Below are positions 19,289-28,123 of a DNA stretch of 64,000 nt, piece after piece; position 1 is the stretch's first letter, and each line of letters begins with the position of its first letter. The notes beneath the pieces were generated by a model, which did not search any database, had not been told where the DNA came from, and saw only the letters and a program-made list of their open reading frames with translations. The translations under genes were made by a program, and so were the position numbers. Where the stretch lies: assembly GCA_043823065.1 (NCBI GenBank), contig JBDRBB010000006.1, forward strand, positions 79,094 through 143,093, read 5' to 3'. The stretch comes from Pseudomonadota bacterium (GTDB lineage: Bacteria > UBA10199 > 2-02-FULL-44-16 > DYJF01).

Positions 19289-22285
19289 CTATCTAGCCTG
19301 TTGAGCGGCGCGTTGAAAAGCTTGAGCTATAATAAGCGGGGCTCCTCGCCCTGAATGAGGATCTATTATTTCTCCGCCAACTTCAACAACTATAGGATGT
19401 GGAAATGCAGCTAAAGCTTCTACAAACTCTGCTGCCAATGGAGCTCCACGACCTCTTTCTCTATTCAATCTTCCTGTAACTCTTAATTCCTGAAGAGCTG
19501 GCAACATACTAGTTATTCTTTGTAAAGCTCCTGTAGTTCTGGGATCGCTTCTTGGATTACAACGAATTATTAATCGATCTCCATCTTGTACAAACTCAAT
19601 ACCTGGAGTTCCTCTAAAAATTTCTTGGGAGACAAATCTCTCAAGTGCTGTAAAATCCATAGCAGGGGCACCATCTGCAGTGGGTGTTTGTCCAGCAACC
19701 TCACGCACCCAACCCAAAACTCTATTTACTCTATCATCTAAAGATGCTCGGTCATCGCCCCTTATGACAAGGGTTTGATCAGCATGACCTGGCCACACAA
19801 AATGGATCTCAGAACCTCTTTCTAAACTCGGCAATAAATCACGAAGTTGTCTGCCAAAAGTATCTTCATCCCATAAAATTCTTCCTGCTTCATCTCTGGG
19901 TATTCTAACTTCATGATGTCCAGATTCAACACCTCTATATGCTGCGCCAAAAATATGACTTAACCACTGATCTGCACTGGCTCCCCGAGTTGGAGCAGCA
20001 TCTACTCGTCTACCTAAATCACCATCATCTGGATTTGGTTGGCCTCCGGAGGGTCGGCCAACTGTTACTTGAGGAATCCCTGGGTTTGGTCTAGAACTAG
20101 GCTGAACATCACGTGGGGGTCTTGGTGTTACATCTGGATGATGAGATCCAACTCTGGCTGGACGAGCTGGAGCGTGATCTCTACCATCGGCAATTCCAGA
20201 GCCACTATCACCCCTGCCCCTTCCTGCCGCATGAACTCTGGCCTGGCGCAAAGCTTCATCAGCTTCAGCTTGATCAACTCTTCCGCCTCTTAGCACATCA
20301 CCTGCAGCGCCATCACCACCAACACCTCTAGCTAAAACTCCATGACCTGCTCTAGCTAGGGCAGCTCTCAAATCTCTATTGGAAGCATCTTCGTCATCAT
20401 CATCAACAGCTTGATCAAGGGCAGCAACTATTCCTGAACTTCTTGCCTCTTCGCGTCTGGCTTCTCTAACATCTGCTTCTACATTTTCAATAATTGCTGA
20501 TAAGCCACCTGAAACTGGGGCGCCGTTTAAAGTATACGCTGTGTCTGCTGGAAGCCTACTAAGTTGCGGCCTAGCAGCCCTAAGTGCAGCTAAAGCAAGA
20601 ACTGGATTATCACCAGAAGTAGTAATAGCTACAGTGCTATGTTCGCTATCTGCAGCGCCATGCTCAGCTCTGATAGTTACACCTGATCCTCTTATAGATG
20701 CTATAGCGCTGTTGGCTGCGCTAACGCGGCTATCAACTGTGCGTATTCTAGCTGATCTGGCTGCTTGAGCTGCTTCTCTTGCTTGACGAGCTTCTGCAGC
20801 TGCTCCGGCAGATGCTGCTTCTCGTTCTGCTCTTTGTAAGCGAGTAACCAAAGCTCCGACATTTTCCATTACTTCTGTACCATAACGCAACTGTGTATCT
20901 GGCAACTCAGCAATTGCTGATTGGTTTGCCTGAACAGCTCTTAATACATCTGCAGGATTGCTATCTGTTCTAAAGGTGAGAGAGCTATGCTCTGGAGTAT
21001 GAGAAGCCCTAACATGTCTAGGACCTATCGCACTAGCAACTCTGCCAACCCTAGCTTGCCTTTGTCTGATTGCTTGTTGTCTAGCTTGTTCTGCTTCTCT
21101 TACTTGGCGAGCTTCTTCTGCAGCTCTAGCTGCGGCTGTTTCTCGTTCTGCAACTGCTCTGCGGGCTGCTTCAACCCTTGTCCTTCTTTGTTCTGCTGCT
21201 CTAGCTTCTGTTGCTTCTCTTTCTTCTCTTAATCTTCTTGCTTCTGCAGTTCTAGCTTCTTCACGCTCTCTTGTTGCATCTTGCTGATCTAAGCTGGCAA
21301 CTCTTCTATCAACTATACCTCTAACCGTTTGTAAACGTGCAGCAGCGTCACCAGTAAGCAAACTTCTTTCAAACCTAGCATTAGCTCCAAGTTGCACTAG
21401 AGCTTCTCCAAATTGTTCTGAAAATTCTCCGCCTGGTGATAACAATCTCTGCAAGACTCTTGGTTCTGAACAAGTAATTCTATTATCGTCAGTTACGCTT
21501 ATACCACTAGTTGTTAATCCATTTAAATATGTTCTAGCCTGGGCACTATGATCAACCAAAGGTTCAGAACGTGGTGGTGTTGGTGGTACTGGTGGAGAAG
21601 TAACTGGACGCGCTGGTGATGGCGTCACTGGAGGCGGTGCAGGTGGAGATCGCACTGGAACTGGAGGTGGAGGAGGAGGTTCAACTGGCTCTGGTGCTGG
21701 AGGTGGAGGTGGTGCAGGCTCAACTGGAGGAGCTGGTTCTGCTGGTTCTGGCGTAGCTGCATCATCTGTAGTATCTGCAACCACCTCAGGTTCTTCATCT
21801 GGTTCAACATCATCACTATCAACAACTACATCTGCTTCTTCAGGAGTTGCAGTATCTTCTTCAGCGCCAGCAGCTCTATCACTTCTAGAAGGAGCTGACT
21901 CTTCATTATCATCTATATTAATATCAATCACTCCGCCACTTGGAGCTGGGCCAACATCTCTGCGCGTAACAAAAAATGAACGATTGGCTCCCATTTGCGC
22001 AGGTGTGGCTATTTGATTGCCAGCCATAAACCTGTTTAAGCCCAAAGAGCCATAATTCATGCTTCTGGCAATTAAGCCCTGCATATAACTAAAAGCAGGA
22101 TTAACAGCTGAAAATGAAGTGCCTAGACCGCCAATCATAGCAGCGCCATGGTGAGCAACCGAGCCACTTGTTAAATTGAGCGGACTGCCCACATAAGCCA
22201 TGGTGCTAACTAAGGCTGATAAATTGTTAGTTCCTAAATTGACCACTAAAGCCCCCAATTTGCCCAAAAAATCGTAGGATTTCAC
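19289..22285 (-). CDS. 998-aa low-complexity acidic protein. It has a Gly/Ser-rich N-terminal module, a Pro-rich linker, a long charged ER/K-type helix and a C-terminal folded domain. Paralog of the 575-aa and 500-aa proteins downstream
   Basis: N-terminal NLSALVSTMAYVGSP... resembles the 575-aa protein N-terminus (NSAINSMLTYVSLPP...). PAPPPPPAPEPVEPPPPPPVP linker. REREEARTAEARRLREEREATEARAAEQRR helix. C-terminal PGIEFVQDGDRLIIR resembles the SGIEVVIIRGNGSERILR module of the 500-aa protein. AGA/GCT codon usage is host-like. Confidence 0.6.
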   Translation of the reverse strand: MKSYDFLGKLGALVVNLGTNNLSALVSTMAYVGSPLNLTSGSVAHHGAAMIGGLGTSFSAVNPAFSYMQGLIARSMNYGSLGLNRFMAGNQIATPAQMGANRSFFVTRRDVGPAPSGGVIDINIDDNEESAPSRSDRAAGAEEDTATPEEADVVVDSDDVEPDEEPEVVADTTDDAATPEPAEPAPPVEPAPPPPPAPEPVEPPPPPPVPVRSPPAPPPVTPSPARPVTSPPVPPTPPRSEPLVDHSAQARTYLNGLTTSGISVTDDNRITCSEPRVLQRLLSPGGEFSEQFGEALVQLGANARFERSLLTGDAAARLQTVRGIVDRRVASLDQQDATREREEARTAEARRLREEREATEARAAEQRRTRVEAARRAVAERETAAARAAEEARQVREAEQARQQAIRQRQARVGRVASAIGPRHVRASHTPEHSSLTFRTDSNPADVLRAVQANQSAIAELPDTQLRYGTEVMENVGALVTRLQRAEREAASAGAAAEARQAREAAQAARSARIRTVDSRVSAANSAIASIRGSGVTIRAEHGAADSEHSTVAITTSGDNPVLALAALRAARPQLSRLPADTAYTLNGAPVSGGLSAIIENVEADVREARREEARSSGIVAALDQAVDDDDEDASNRDLRAALARAGHGVLARGVGGDGAAGDVLRGGRVDQAEADEALRQARVHAAGRGRGDSGSGIADGRDHAPARPARVGSHHPDVTPRPPRDVQPSSRPNPGIPQVTVGRPSGGQPNPDDGDLGRRVDAAPTRGASADQWLSHIFGAAYRGVESGHHEVRIPRDEAGRILWDEDTFGRQLRDLLPSLERGSEIHFVWPGHADQTLVIRGDDRASLDDRVNRVLGWVREVAGQTPTADGAPAMDFTALERFVSQEIFRGTPGIEFVQDGDRLIIRCNPRSDPRTTGALQRITSMLPALQELRVTGRLNRERGRGAPLAAEFVEALAAFPHPIVVEVGGEIIDPHSGRGAPLIIAQAFQRAAQQAR

Positions 22286-22566
22286 ACCCCAGGCACATTG
22301 CTTAGGTTTATAACCATTTGATATTACTAGCCTTTAATTAGGCTGAATTATCAAAACTCTTAAGCTTAAGGTATTGCAATTGGTGGGCCAAATTGAGGTA
22401 TTTGGTATAGGGCTTTGGGTATAGAAATCCCTTTTGGGGACGTTACCCCAATCGTTAACTTATTGATATTTTTGGTAAATAACTGGCGAGTTTTAAAAAT
22501 TAAAAACCACTGGCTCAAAAATCTCAAGTTGTCTTTTATTTAACAATGATTTTAGGTAGTTATGGA

Positions 22567-22582
22567 TGGGGGAAACGTCCCC
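22567..22582. repeat. GGGGGAAACGTCCCC hairpin, copy 1, upstream of the DUF4143 ATPase gene
   Basis: Near-identical copy at 23985-23999 (aatgggggaaaacgtcccc). A related hairpin tggggacgttacccca lies at 22433-22455. Confidence 0.7.
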
Positions 22583-22629
22583 TAGCTATGCTGATTTTTG
22601 ACTTTACTTTCGGCAAATTTGCGGCATAA

Positions 22630-23787
22630 TTGCCATATATGTACACAAGAATTCTAAAAAAACCTAAAAATTCAATTTTGCTCTTTGGCCCCAGAGGGAC
22701 AGGTAAATCAACCTGGCTTAAACAATGCTATCCAGATACTCCAAACTATGATCTGTTAAATACCCAAGAAGCCCTTCGTCTTAGCAAAAACCCTTCACTA
22801 ATCTATAACGAACTTGAAACATACCCACCTGGCACTTGGGTTGTACTGGATGAAGTACAAAAAGTACCAGCTTTGTTAGATGAAGTACATCGCCTAATTG
22901 AAAATAAAAAACTAAATTTTGTACTATCAGGCTCTAGTGCCCGCAAACTAAAAAAAGGCGGGGCCAATCTTTTGGCAGGCAGGGCTCAAATGCAACATAT
23001 GTTTCCGTTTGTTTCCAAAGAAGTGGATTTCAAAATAAAAACACCAGAAGTCTTTCGATTTGGAATGTTGCCTATGGCCTATTTAAGCCAAGAGCCAATT
23101 CCATATTTAAGAACTTATGTTGAAGCTTATTTGGCTGAAGAAATTAAGGGCGAGGCTCTAACCAGAAATATTGGAGGATTTGCCCGATTTTTAGAAATTG
23201 CAGCTAGACAAAATGGTCAAATCACCAATGTCTCCAACATTGCCAGGGATGCCCAAGTTGCCAGGCAGACTGTCCAAGGATATTTTGATATATTAGTAGA
23301 TACTTTGTTAGGTTATTGGCTGCAACCCTGGAAATTAAAACGAGCAACAAAACAAGTTGCTCATCCTAAATTTTACTTCTTTGATGCTGGCGTAGCTAGG
23401 GCTTTATCAAACAGACTTCCTTACCCTTTAACCAATGAAGAACTGGGGCCTTTGTTTGAGACATTTATTATTGGAGAAATTCAGGCCTACTTAGCTTATA
23501 CTGAATTAAACTATCCCCTATATTTCTGGAGTAGCCATGACAATGTTGAAGTTGATTTATTATTGGAAACTAAAAAAGGTTTTTTAGCTTTGGAATTTAA
23601 ATCTGCCACAAATTGGAACAAGAGCTTTAATAAAGGGCTAACCCGCATTAGCTCTGAACTTGAAGCAAACAAGGTTCGCTGTATTGGGGTTTATAATGGA
23701 GAAAGGCCAGCTAAGTTTGACTCTATTGAAGTTTTGCCACTTCTAACCTTTTTAGAAAAACTTTGGGCAGGAGATTTGATTGCTTAA
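22630..23787 (+). CDS. AAA+ ATPase of the DUF4143 / COG1373 family
   Basis: Walker A LLFGPRGTGKST, Walker B VVLDEVQ, C-terminal DUF4143-like region. Second paralog at 43434-44651. Confidence 0.75.
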   Translation: MPYMYTRILKKPKNSILLFGPRGTGKSTWLKQCYPDTPNYDLLNTQEALRLSKNPSLIYNELETYPPGTWVVLDEVQKVPALLDEVHRLIENKKLNFVLSGSSARKLKKGGANLLAGRAQMQHMFPFVSKEVDFKIKTPEVFRFGMLPMAYLSQEPIPYLRTYVEAYLAEEIKGEALTRNIGGFARFLEIAARQNGQITNVSNIARDAQVARQTVQGYFDILVDTLLGYWLQPWKLKRATKQVAHPKFYFFDAGVARALSNRLPYPLTNEELGPLFETFIIGEIQAYLAYTELNYPLYFWSSHDNVEVDLLLETKKGFLALEFKSATNWNKSFNKGLTRISSELEANKVRCIGVYNGERPAKFDSIEVLPLLTFLEKLWAGDLIA

Positions 23788-23816
23788 AAAAAACCGCCTG
23801 GAGAGAGGCGGTTCTA
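23784..23816. terminator. Hairpin plus A/T tract (CTTAAAAAAAACCGCCTGGAGAGAGGCGGTTCT), copy 1 of a 30-bp direct repeat
   Basis: Stem CCGCCT/AGGCGG. Near-identical copy at 24793-24825. Confidence 0.55.
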
Positions 23817-23845
23817 TATTGTGGCTTGTGGGGACCTTATAAAGC

Positions 23846-23917
23846 GACCATTGACTATTGACCATGGACCAAAAAACAAGGGGTGTGATTGCGAGGAGCG
23901 TTAGCGACGAAGCAATC
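23846..23917. repeat. Compound small repeats: CCATTGAC palindromes plus GTGATTGCGAGGAGCGTTAGCGACGAAGCAATC
   Basis: gaccattgactattgaccatggacc, then the inverted-repeat family member. Confidence 0.7.
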
Positions 23918-23984
23918 TCGGAAGAGTCGGTATTGTGTATTATTGACACCTAATGGGTGACCCCGGTTTTGTTTGTTAGGAATG

Positions 23985-23999
23985 GGGGAAAACGTCCCC
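23985..23999. repeat. GGGGGAAAACGTCCCC hairpin, copy 2, downstream of the DUF4143 ATPase gene
   Basis: Direct repeat of 22567-22582. Confidence 0.7.
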
Positions 24000-24032
24000 A
24001 AGTATTATTGTCCCCTAGCTTTTATTAGGTCT

Positions 24033-24353
24033 TTACGCAGCAATGGCTTCTTTTCGAACTCTGCTAAACAAAGGTGAAAGATTATCTTTTTGAAATGTAT
24101 ATGGATCAGTAAGGACAATCTGAAGGCGAGGATCAATCTGATAGGCAATTACAACAACTTGTTTTTCATATTTTTCTTTATTTTTTTTAAATACTCTTGC
24201 TACTAAACAAATGTCAATATCGCTATCAGGTCTAGCGTCACCTCTAGCATATGATCCAAATAGATATATTTTTACTTTAGGAAAAGCTTGCTTTTCTAAT
24301 TCAGCTTGAAATTTTGAAATTATTTTTCCAATAGATTTTGCAACCATAGCCAA
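24033..24353 (-). CDS. Nucleotidyltransferase (MNT/MntA-type antitoxin-like) of a HEPN/MNT pair
   Basis: LFGSYARGDARPDSDIDICLV (GSx10DxD minimal nucleotidyltransferase motif). Overlaps the upstream HEPN gene by 34 bp. Confidence 0.75.
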   Translation of the reverse strand: MAMVAKSIGKIISKFQAELEKQAFPKVKIYLFGSYARGDARPDSDIDICLVARVFKKNKEKYEKQVVVIAYQIDPRLQIVLTDPYTFQKDNLSPLFSRVRKEAIAA

Positions 24354-24721
24354 AGCTCCTTGCTTTGCTCTAAATATTTTTTAGCATAATTTTTATTAAC
24401 TTTTTTATAAAAACTTTTCAAATCTTCTGGATATCTAATTTCTAAATTAAATTTATTTATTTGGTCAAACAACTCGATCTGAGCTTTGGTTAACTCCAAA
24501 TTTGCCTTGCCAGCTAAATACAATAAATTATGCGTAAATGGAGGATGCTCTTTAGCAACCTTTGCCACCAAAGCTTTTAATAGTTTTTCCAACATCAAAT
24601 GACAAAGAAATAAACAATAATCATACTTACCGGTTCTATATAAAGACAAGGATACTTCTCTATCATGCTTTGCTGCTTCAAACCAATATTTGATTACTTT
24701 GGATATATCCTTATTAGTCAT
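24320..24721 (-). CDS. HEPN domain protein (HepT-type toxin-like) of a HEPN/MNT pair
   Basis: 134 aa from the internal Met MTNKDISKVIKYWFEAAKHD... The tracked 5' extension translates the terminator repeat. Confidence 0.65.
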   Translation of the reverse strand: MTNKDISKVIKYWFEAAKHDREVSLSLYRTGKYDYCLFLCHLMLEKLLKALVAKVAKEHPPFTHNLLYLAGKANLELTKAQIELFDQINKFNLEIRYPEDLKSFYKKVNKNYAKKYLEQSKELWLWLQNLLEK

Positions 24722-24792
24722 AAATTTAGAATATACTTTGTGCACATTTTTTTCAACTAATAATACCGATCCCTTCGCGGGGGTGGGATTGG

Positions 24793-24825
24793 TTAAAAAA
24801 AACCGCGTGGAGAGAGGCGGTTTTG
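24793..24825. terminator. Hairpin plus T tract (GTTAAAAAAAACCGCGTGGAGAGAGGCGGTTTT), copy 2. Probable terminator of the minus-strand 500-aa gene
   Basis: Direct repeat of 23784-23816. A run of eight T's follows the stem on the minus strand. Confidence 0.55.
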
Positions 24826-24858
24826 AACACACATATTATATATACTGAACAATGATTA

Positions 24859-26361
24859 TCATTCAGGGTGAGTTAAGCTAAAATTACCTAAACTAGGACC
24901 ACTTCCGTCTCCACCAAATATATTGCCACCCATTTCCAAAGTGGCACCTCCAGGAGGAATACTACCCTGGCTTGGCAAATACCTTGAATCCAAGGTCAAG
25001 GTGTTATCACCACCTGCTTCCTCTTCATCTGGCGGCTGTAAAAAATCAACAAAATCTTCATAAGTATATCTAACTGGAGTCTGATCAGCATCTTCATTTA
25101 TTTCAACTGGTTCAGAGCTTCTTTCTTCAATAGGTTCATCTTCTGGCTCCGCTGAAGAAGGTTCAACACTTCCTTCGCGCAAAACTCTTGCTGAACCATC
25201 TCCTCTAATTATTACAACTTCTATTCCTGAAGGCATGTTATCTACAGCTGTTCTTATAGCTTGGCGACGACTAGTTGCCTCATCTCCATCTCCACCAAAT
25301 TCTCTATCAAAAATACGGCGCTGACGATTTTGAAAATCAATAACCAGCCGAGCAGGTTGATCTTCCCCTTGTAATTCAACTCTGAACTGCGCTAAAGGTT
25401 CTGCTTCATTATTAAGTCTAAAACTATTCATTAAAGGTTCTAATCTACCATCCATTAAATTACAAGATGATTGACACTCTTCATCAGCTTCCCTTAAAAT
25501 TCTTTCTGAACCATTTCCTCTAATTATTACAACTTCTATTCCTGAAGGCATGGCATCTACAGCTGTTCTAATATCAGCTCGACGCCTGATTGCTTGTTCT
25601 CCCTCACCACCAAATTCCCTATCAAAGATTTGTCGCTGTGATCTAGAAAAATCAATAATCAAGCGCGTAGGCTGATCTGCTCCTTGTGACTCAAGCCTAA
25701 ATTCAGCTAGAGGGTTTTCTTGACCTTCAACTCTAAAATTTGCTGCTAATGCCTGAAATGCATCTAATCCACCAGTTGTCCTCTGCTCATGGTTAGAAAC
25801 TTCTGGTGCTGAGGAAGCAAACACCTCCAAAGCCAAACCAACAGGGTCATCAATTGGCACTGCATTATGGCTCGCTGCACGGCTAAGCGCCTCGGCATAT
25901 ATACCAAAGCTTTCATCATTACCTTCAAGAATCGCTCTTGCTTCAGCAGTAAAAAGTGAAGGACTATATTCAAATAAAGACATTATTGCATGGCATTGTT
26001 CTAGAACTTCAAGATTAGCATAAGCATCTAATTCAGATTCCTCTAAAATATTATTCTCATTTGAATCACAACTCCAAATATCTGTGCCTAATTGAATAAT
26101 ATCTGCTTGAGTTATTCTGCGAAAGACAATGAGTTCGCCTTGTCCATTGGGGACCTCAATTTCACCTCCAGTAAATAAGTCACCATTGGCAGTTAAAACG
26201 CATTGATTATCTGAATCTAGCAAACAAAATTCACCACTATCACCTGGTTCAATTTGGTCAGTATCAGAATTTTCAATTAATTCTATATTACCTATCCTAG
26301 TTTGCGTTTCATCATCTAGAATAAATAAGCCTTCTTCACTTTGTTGAATAATCAATCCCAT
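24859..26361 (-). CDS. 500-aa acidic protein with an internal tandem duplication of a ~80-aa module, function unknown
   Basis: PLAEFRLESQGADQPTRLIIDFSRSQRQIFDREFGGEGEQAIRRRADIRTAVDAMPSGIEVVIIRGNGSERILRE is duplicated as PLAQFRVELQGEDQPARLVIDFQNRQRRIFDREFGGDGDEATSRRQAIRTAVDNMPSGIEVVIIRGDGSARVLRE. No signal peptide or TM. Confidence 0.65.
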   Translation of the reverse strand: MGLIIQQSEEGLFILDDETQTRIGNIELIENSDTDQIEPGDSGEFCLLDSDNQCVLTANGDLFTGGEIEVPNGQGELIVFRRITQADIIQLGTDIWSCDSNENNILEESELDAYANLEVLEQCHAIMSLFEYSPSLFTAEARAILEGNDESFGIYAEALSRAASHNAVPIDDPVGLALEVFASSAPEVSNHEQRTTGGLDAFQALAANFRVEGQENPLAEFRLESQGADQPTRLIIDFSRSQRQIFDREFGGEGEQAIRRRADIRTAVDAMPSGIEVVIIRGNGSERILREADEECQSSCNLMDGRLEPLMNSFRLNNEAEPLAQFRVELQGEDQPARLVIDFQNRQRRIFDREFGGDGDEATSRRQAIRTAVDNMPSGIEVVIIRGDGSARVLREGSVEPSSAEPEDEPIEERSSEPVEINEDADQTPVRYTYEDFVDFLQPPDEEEAGGDNTLTLDSRYLPSQGSIPPGGATLEMGGNIFGGDGSGPSLGNFSLTHPE

Positions 26362-26395
26362 AATTCCTCTTTGATTCTCTTAATAAAATGATTGA

Positions 26396-28123
26396 TTAAA
26401 TTTGAGTAGCAGCGTCATTATCTAATCTTCTTGCAGAGCTACTTGGCCTTCTTGTACGCGCTGCTCTTTGTAAAATTCCCTGAATTGTTTCAGTACGCTG
26501 ATCTTCTTCAATTTCTCTTAAGTTTTGTTCGCCAAGTAACAACTGTGTTCCTTCTGGCAATCTATTCATAATCTCAATTAATCGAGCTACTTGTGCTTCT
26601 TCATATTGATATCCGCGCTCAAAGCTAAGTTGGATATTGCCATCTTCAGTTCTAGTAATAGTTGCATTTTCTCCAAATACTTCTCTTAGCCCAGTAATTG
26701 CTTGATCAATTGCATCTGGTGCTTCAGGAGCTGGCAAGCCATCTGTTCTGCGTTGATGCAAGCGGTCGATCATTTGGCCCATATATTCTTGAGGAGACAT
26801 TTCTGGATTAGCTAAGCGAAATTCTTCTACGCTGCCACCTGGCCAAGATAGTCGTCCGCTAGTTTCATGGAAAGTTGCTCCATCAATCAATTGGGGCTCT
26901 TGTCTGGCTTCTACTTCTGAACCTTCTTCTCCACCTTCTTCAGCTTCAACATTTCTTAATGCATAAGCTCGGCCATCTTGGATTAAAATTGTTTGTCCTC
27001 CTGTATAATCGTCTGAGCGCTCTCCTTGGCCTGGTGCTGCAACTTGATATACTTGATACTCATCGCCTCCATAAGATTGGTTTTCACCAGTTGGTCTGAG
27101 CATTACATAATCTGCAGGAGCAGCTCTCTGGATATATAGCTGGTTACTGCCACGTCGTCCCGTACCTGCTACAAAAGGAACTTGTCTATACCCACCATCT
27201 TGTTCCAGATAATAATTTTCACCTACTTGATAAATGTTTGTACCTTCAGGAATACTTAATTCTTCAGTATCTCCACCTGTAACATTAAAGACTCGGGCAT
27301 CTTGCCTTTGACCGTCAATCTCTATACTACTATTTTGCTCTCTTGGTTCAACTGTAACATGCGTGCCTCTTGCTGTTGGAGGTCTAGAAAATGGACTGCG
27401 GCCTTCTAATAAACCGCTTCCATAACGCACAAATTCTAAAGCTTCTTCATCATCCATTGGTTCATCGCCAAAACTTCTGGCGATCCAAGCTCCATATTGT
27501 TCTGCCCAATCCTCAGAATCTCTCGCAGGTAGGCCTCTCATTATTTCATCAAATCTAGTGCGATCACCATCTGCTTCGTCTTCAACTCTATCAATAATTC
27601 TTCCAGCTTCCTCTGGAGTATAACCTCGTTCATCTAAATTCTGTACAAGCCGTCTGCGTTGATCAGGTTCTAAAGTGAAATCATCCTCTGATGAATCATC
27701 CACATCTCTATCTCCATCAACATCTGAATCTCCCCAATCGCCACTGCTACTAGGAGCAGGAGGTGGGGGAGCAGACATATATTGCTGGCCTGCTGGCATT
27801 ACTCCGCCAAAACCTGGAGCGCCTGCTTGGCCTGGGGCGGCAATTCCACCAGCAGCAGTGATAGCCCTGGTATATCCTTCCAAAGCATTTTCGCCCAGCC
27901 AACCAGCGCCTTGGTGCATACCTCGCGTAGATTCAAAATTTGCAACTCGATTAAAAACATTCATCATAGCGCCATAACTGGAATCAAAAGAATCAACACC
28001 AGCTGAGCCTCCGCTATATAAACTCAAGCCTTGGCCAATTGAGCTGCCATAACTATGAGCTGGCGGCAAACTGACATAAGTTAACATGCTGTTAATTGCT
28101 GAATTAAGCACTGACCCCTCCAT
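26396..28123 (-). CDS. 575-aa acidic low-complexity protein with a Gly/Ser-rich N-terminal module (paralogous to the 998-aa protein N-terminus) and a Pro-rich linker
   Basis: N-terminal MEGSVLNSAINSMLTYVSLPPAHSYGSSIGQG..., PPPPAPSSSGDWGDSDVDGDRDVDD. The operon is contiguous with flanking genes (20-bp overlap with the 385-aa gene). Confidence 0.65.
   Translation of the reverse strand: MEGSVLNSAINSMLTYVSLPPAHSYGSSIGQGLSLYSGGSAGVDSFDSSYGAMMNVFNRVANFESTRGMHQGAGWLGENALEGYTRAITAAGGIAAPGQAGAPGFGGVMPAGQQYMSAPPPPAPSSSGDWGDSDVDGDRDVDDSSEDDFTLEPDQRRRLVQNLDERGYTPEEAGRIIDRVEDEADGDRTRFDEIMRGLPARDSEDWAEQYGAWIARSFGDEPMDDEEALEFVRYGSGLLEGRSPFSRPPTARGTHVTVEPREQNSSIEIDGQRQDARVFNVTGGDTEELSIPEGTNIYQVGENYYLEQDGGYRQVPFVAGTGRRGSNQLYIQRAAPADYVMLRPTGENQSYGGDEYQVYQVAAPGQGERSDDYTGGQTILIQDGRAYALRNVEAEEGGEEGSEVEARQEPQLIDGATFHETSGRLSWPGGSVEEFRLANPEMSPQEYMGQMIDRLHQRRTDGLPAPEAPDAIDQAITGLREVFGENATITRTEDGNIQLSFERGYQYEEAQVARLIEIMNRLPEGTQLLLGEQNLREIEEDQRTETIQGILQRAARTRRPSSSARRLDNDAATQI

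Noticed and set aside
19289-22285. 998-aa gene as a recently acquired high-GC foreign gene
   Set aside because: Locally elevated GC is explained by Ala/Gly/Pro/Arg composition. Codon choices (AGA for Arg, GCT/GCA for Ala) follow the host's AT-biased usage, and the protein has paralogs in the adjacent operon.
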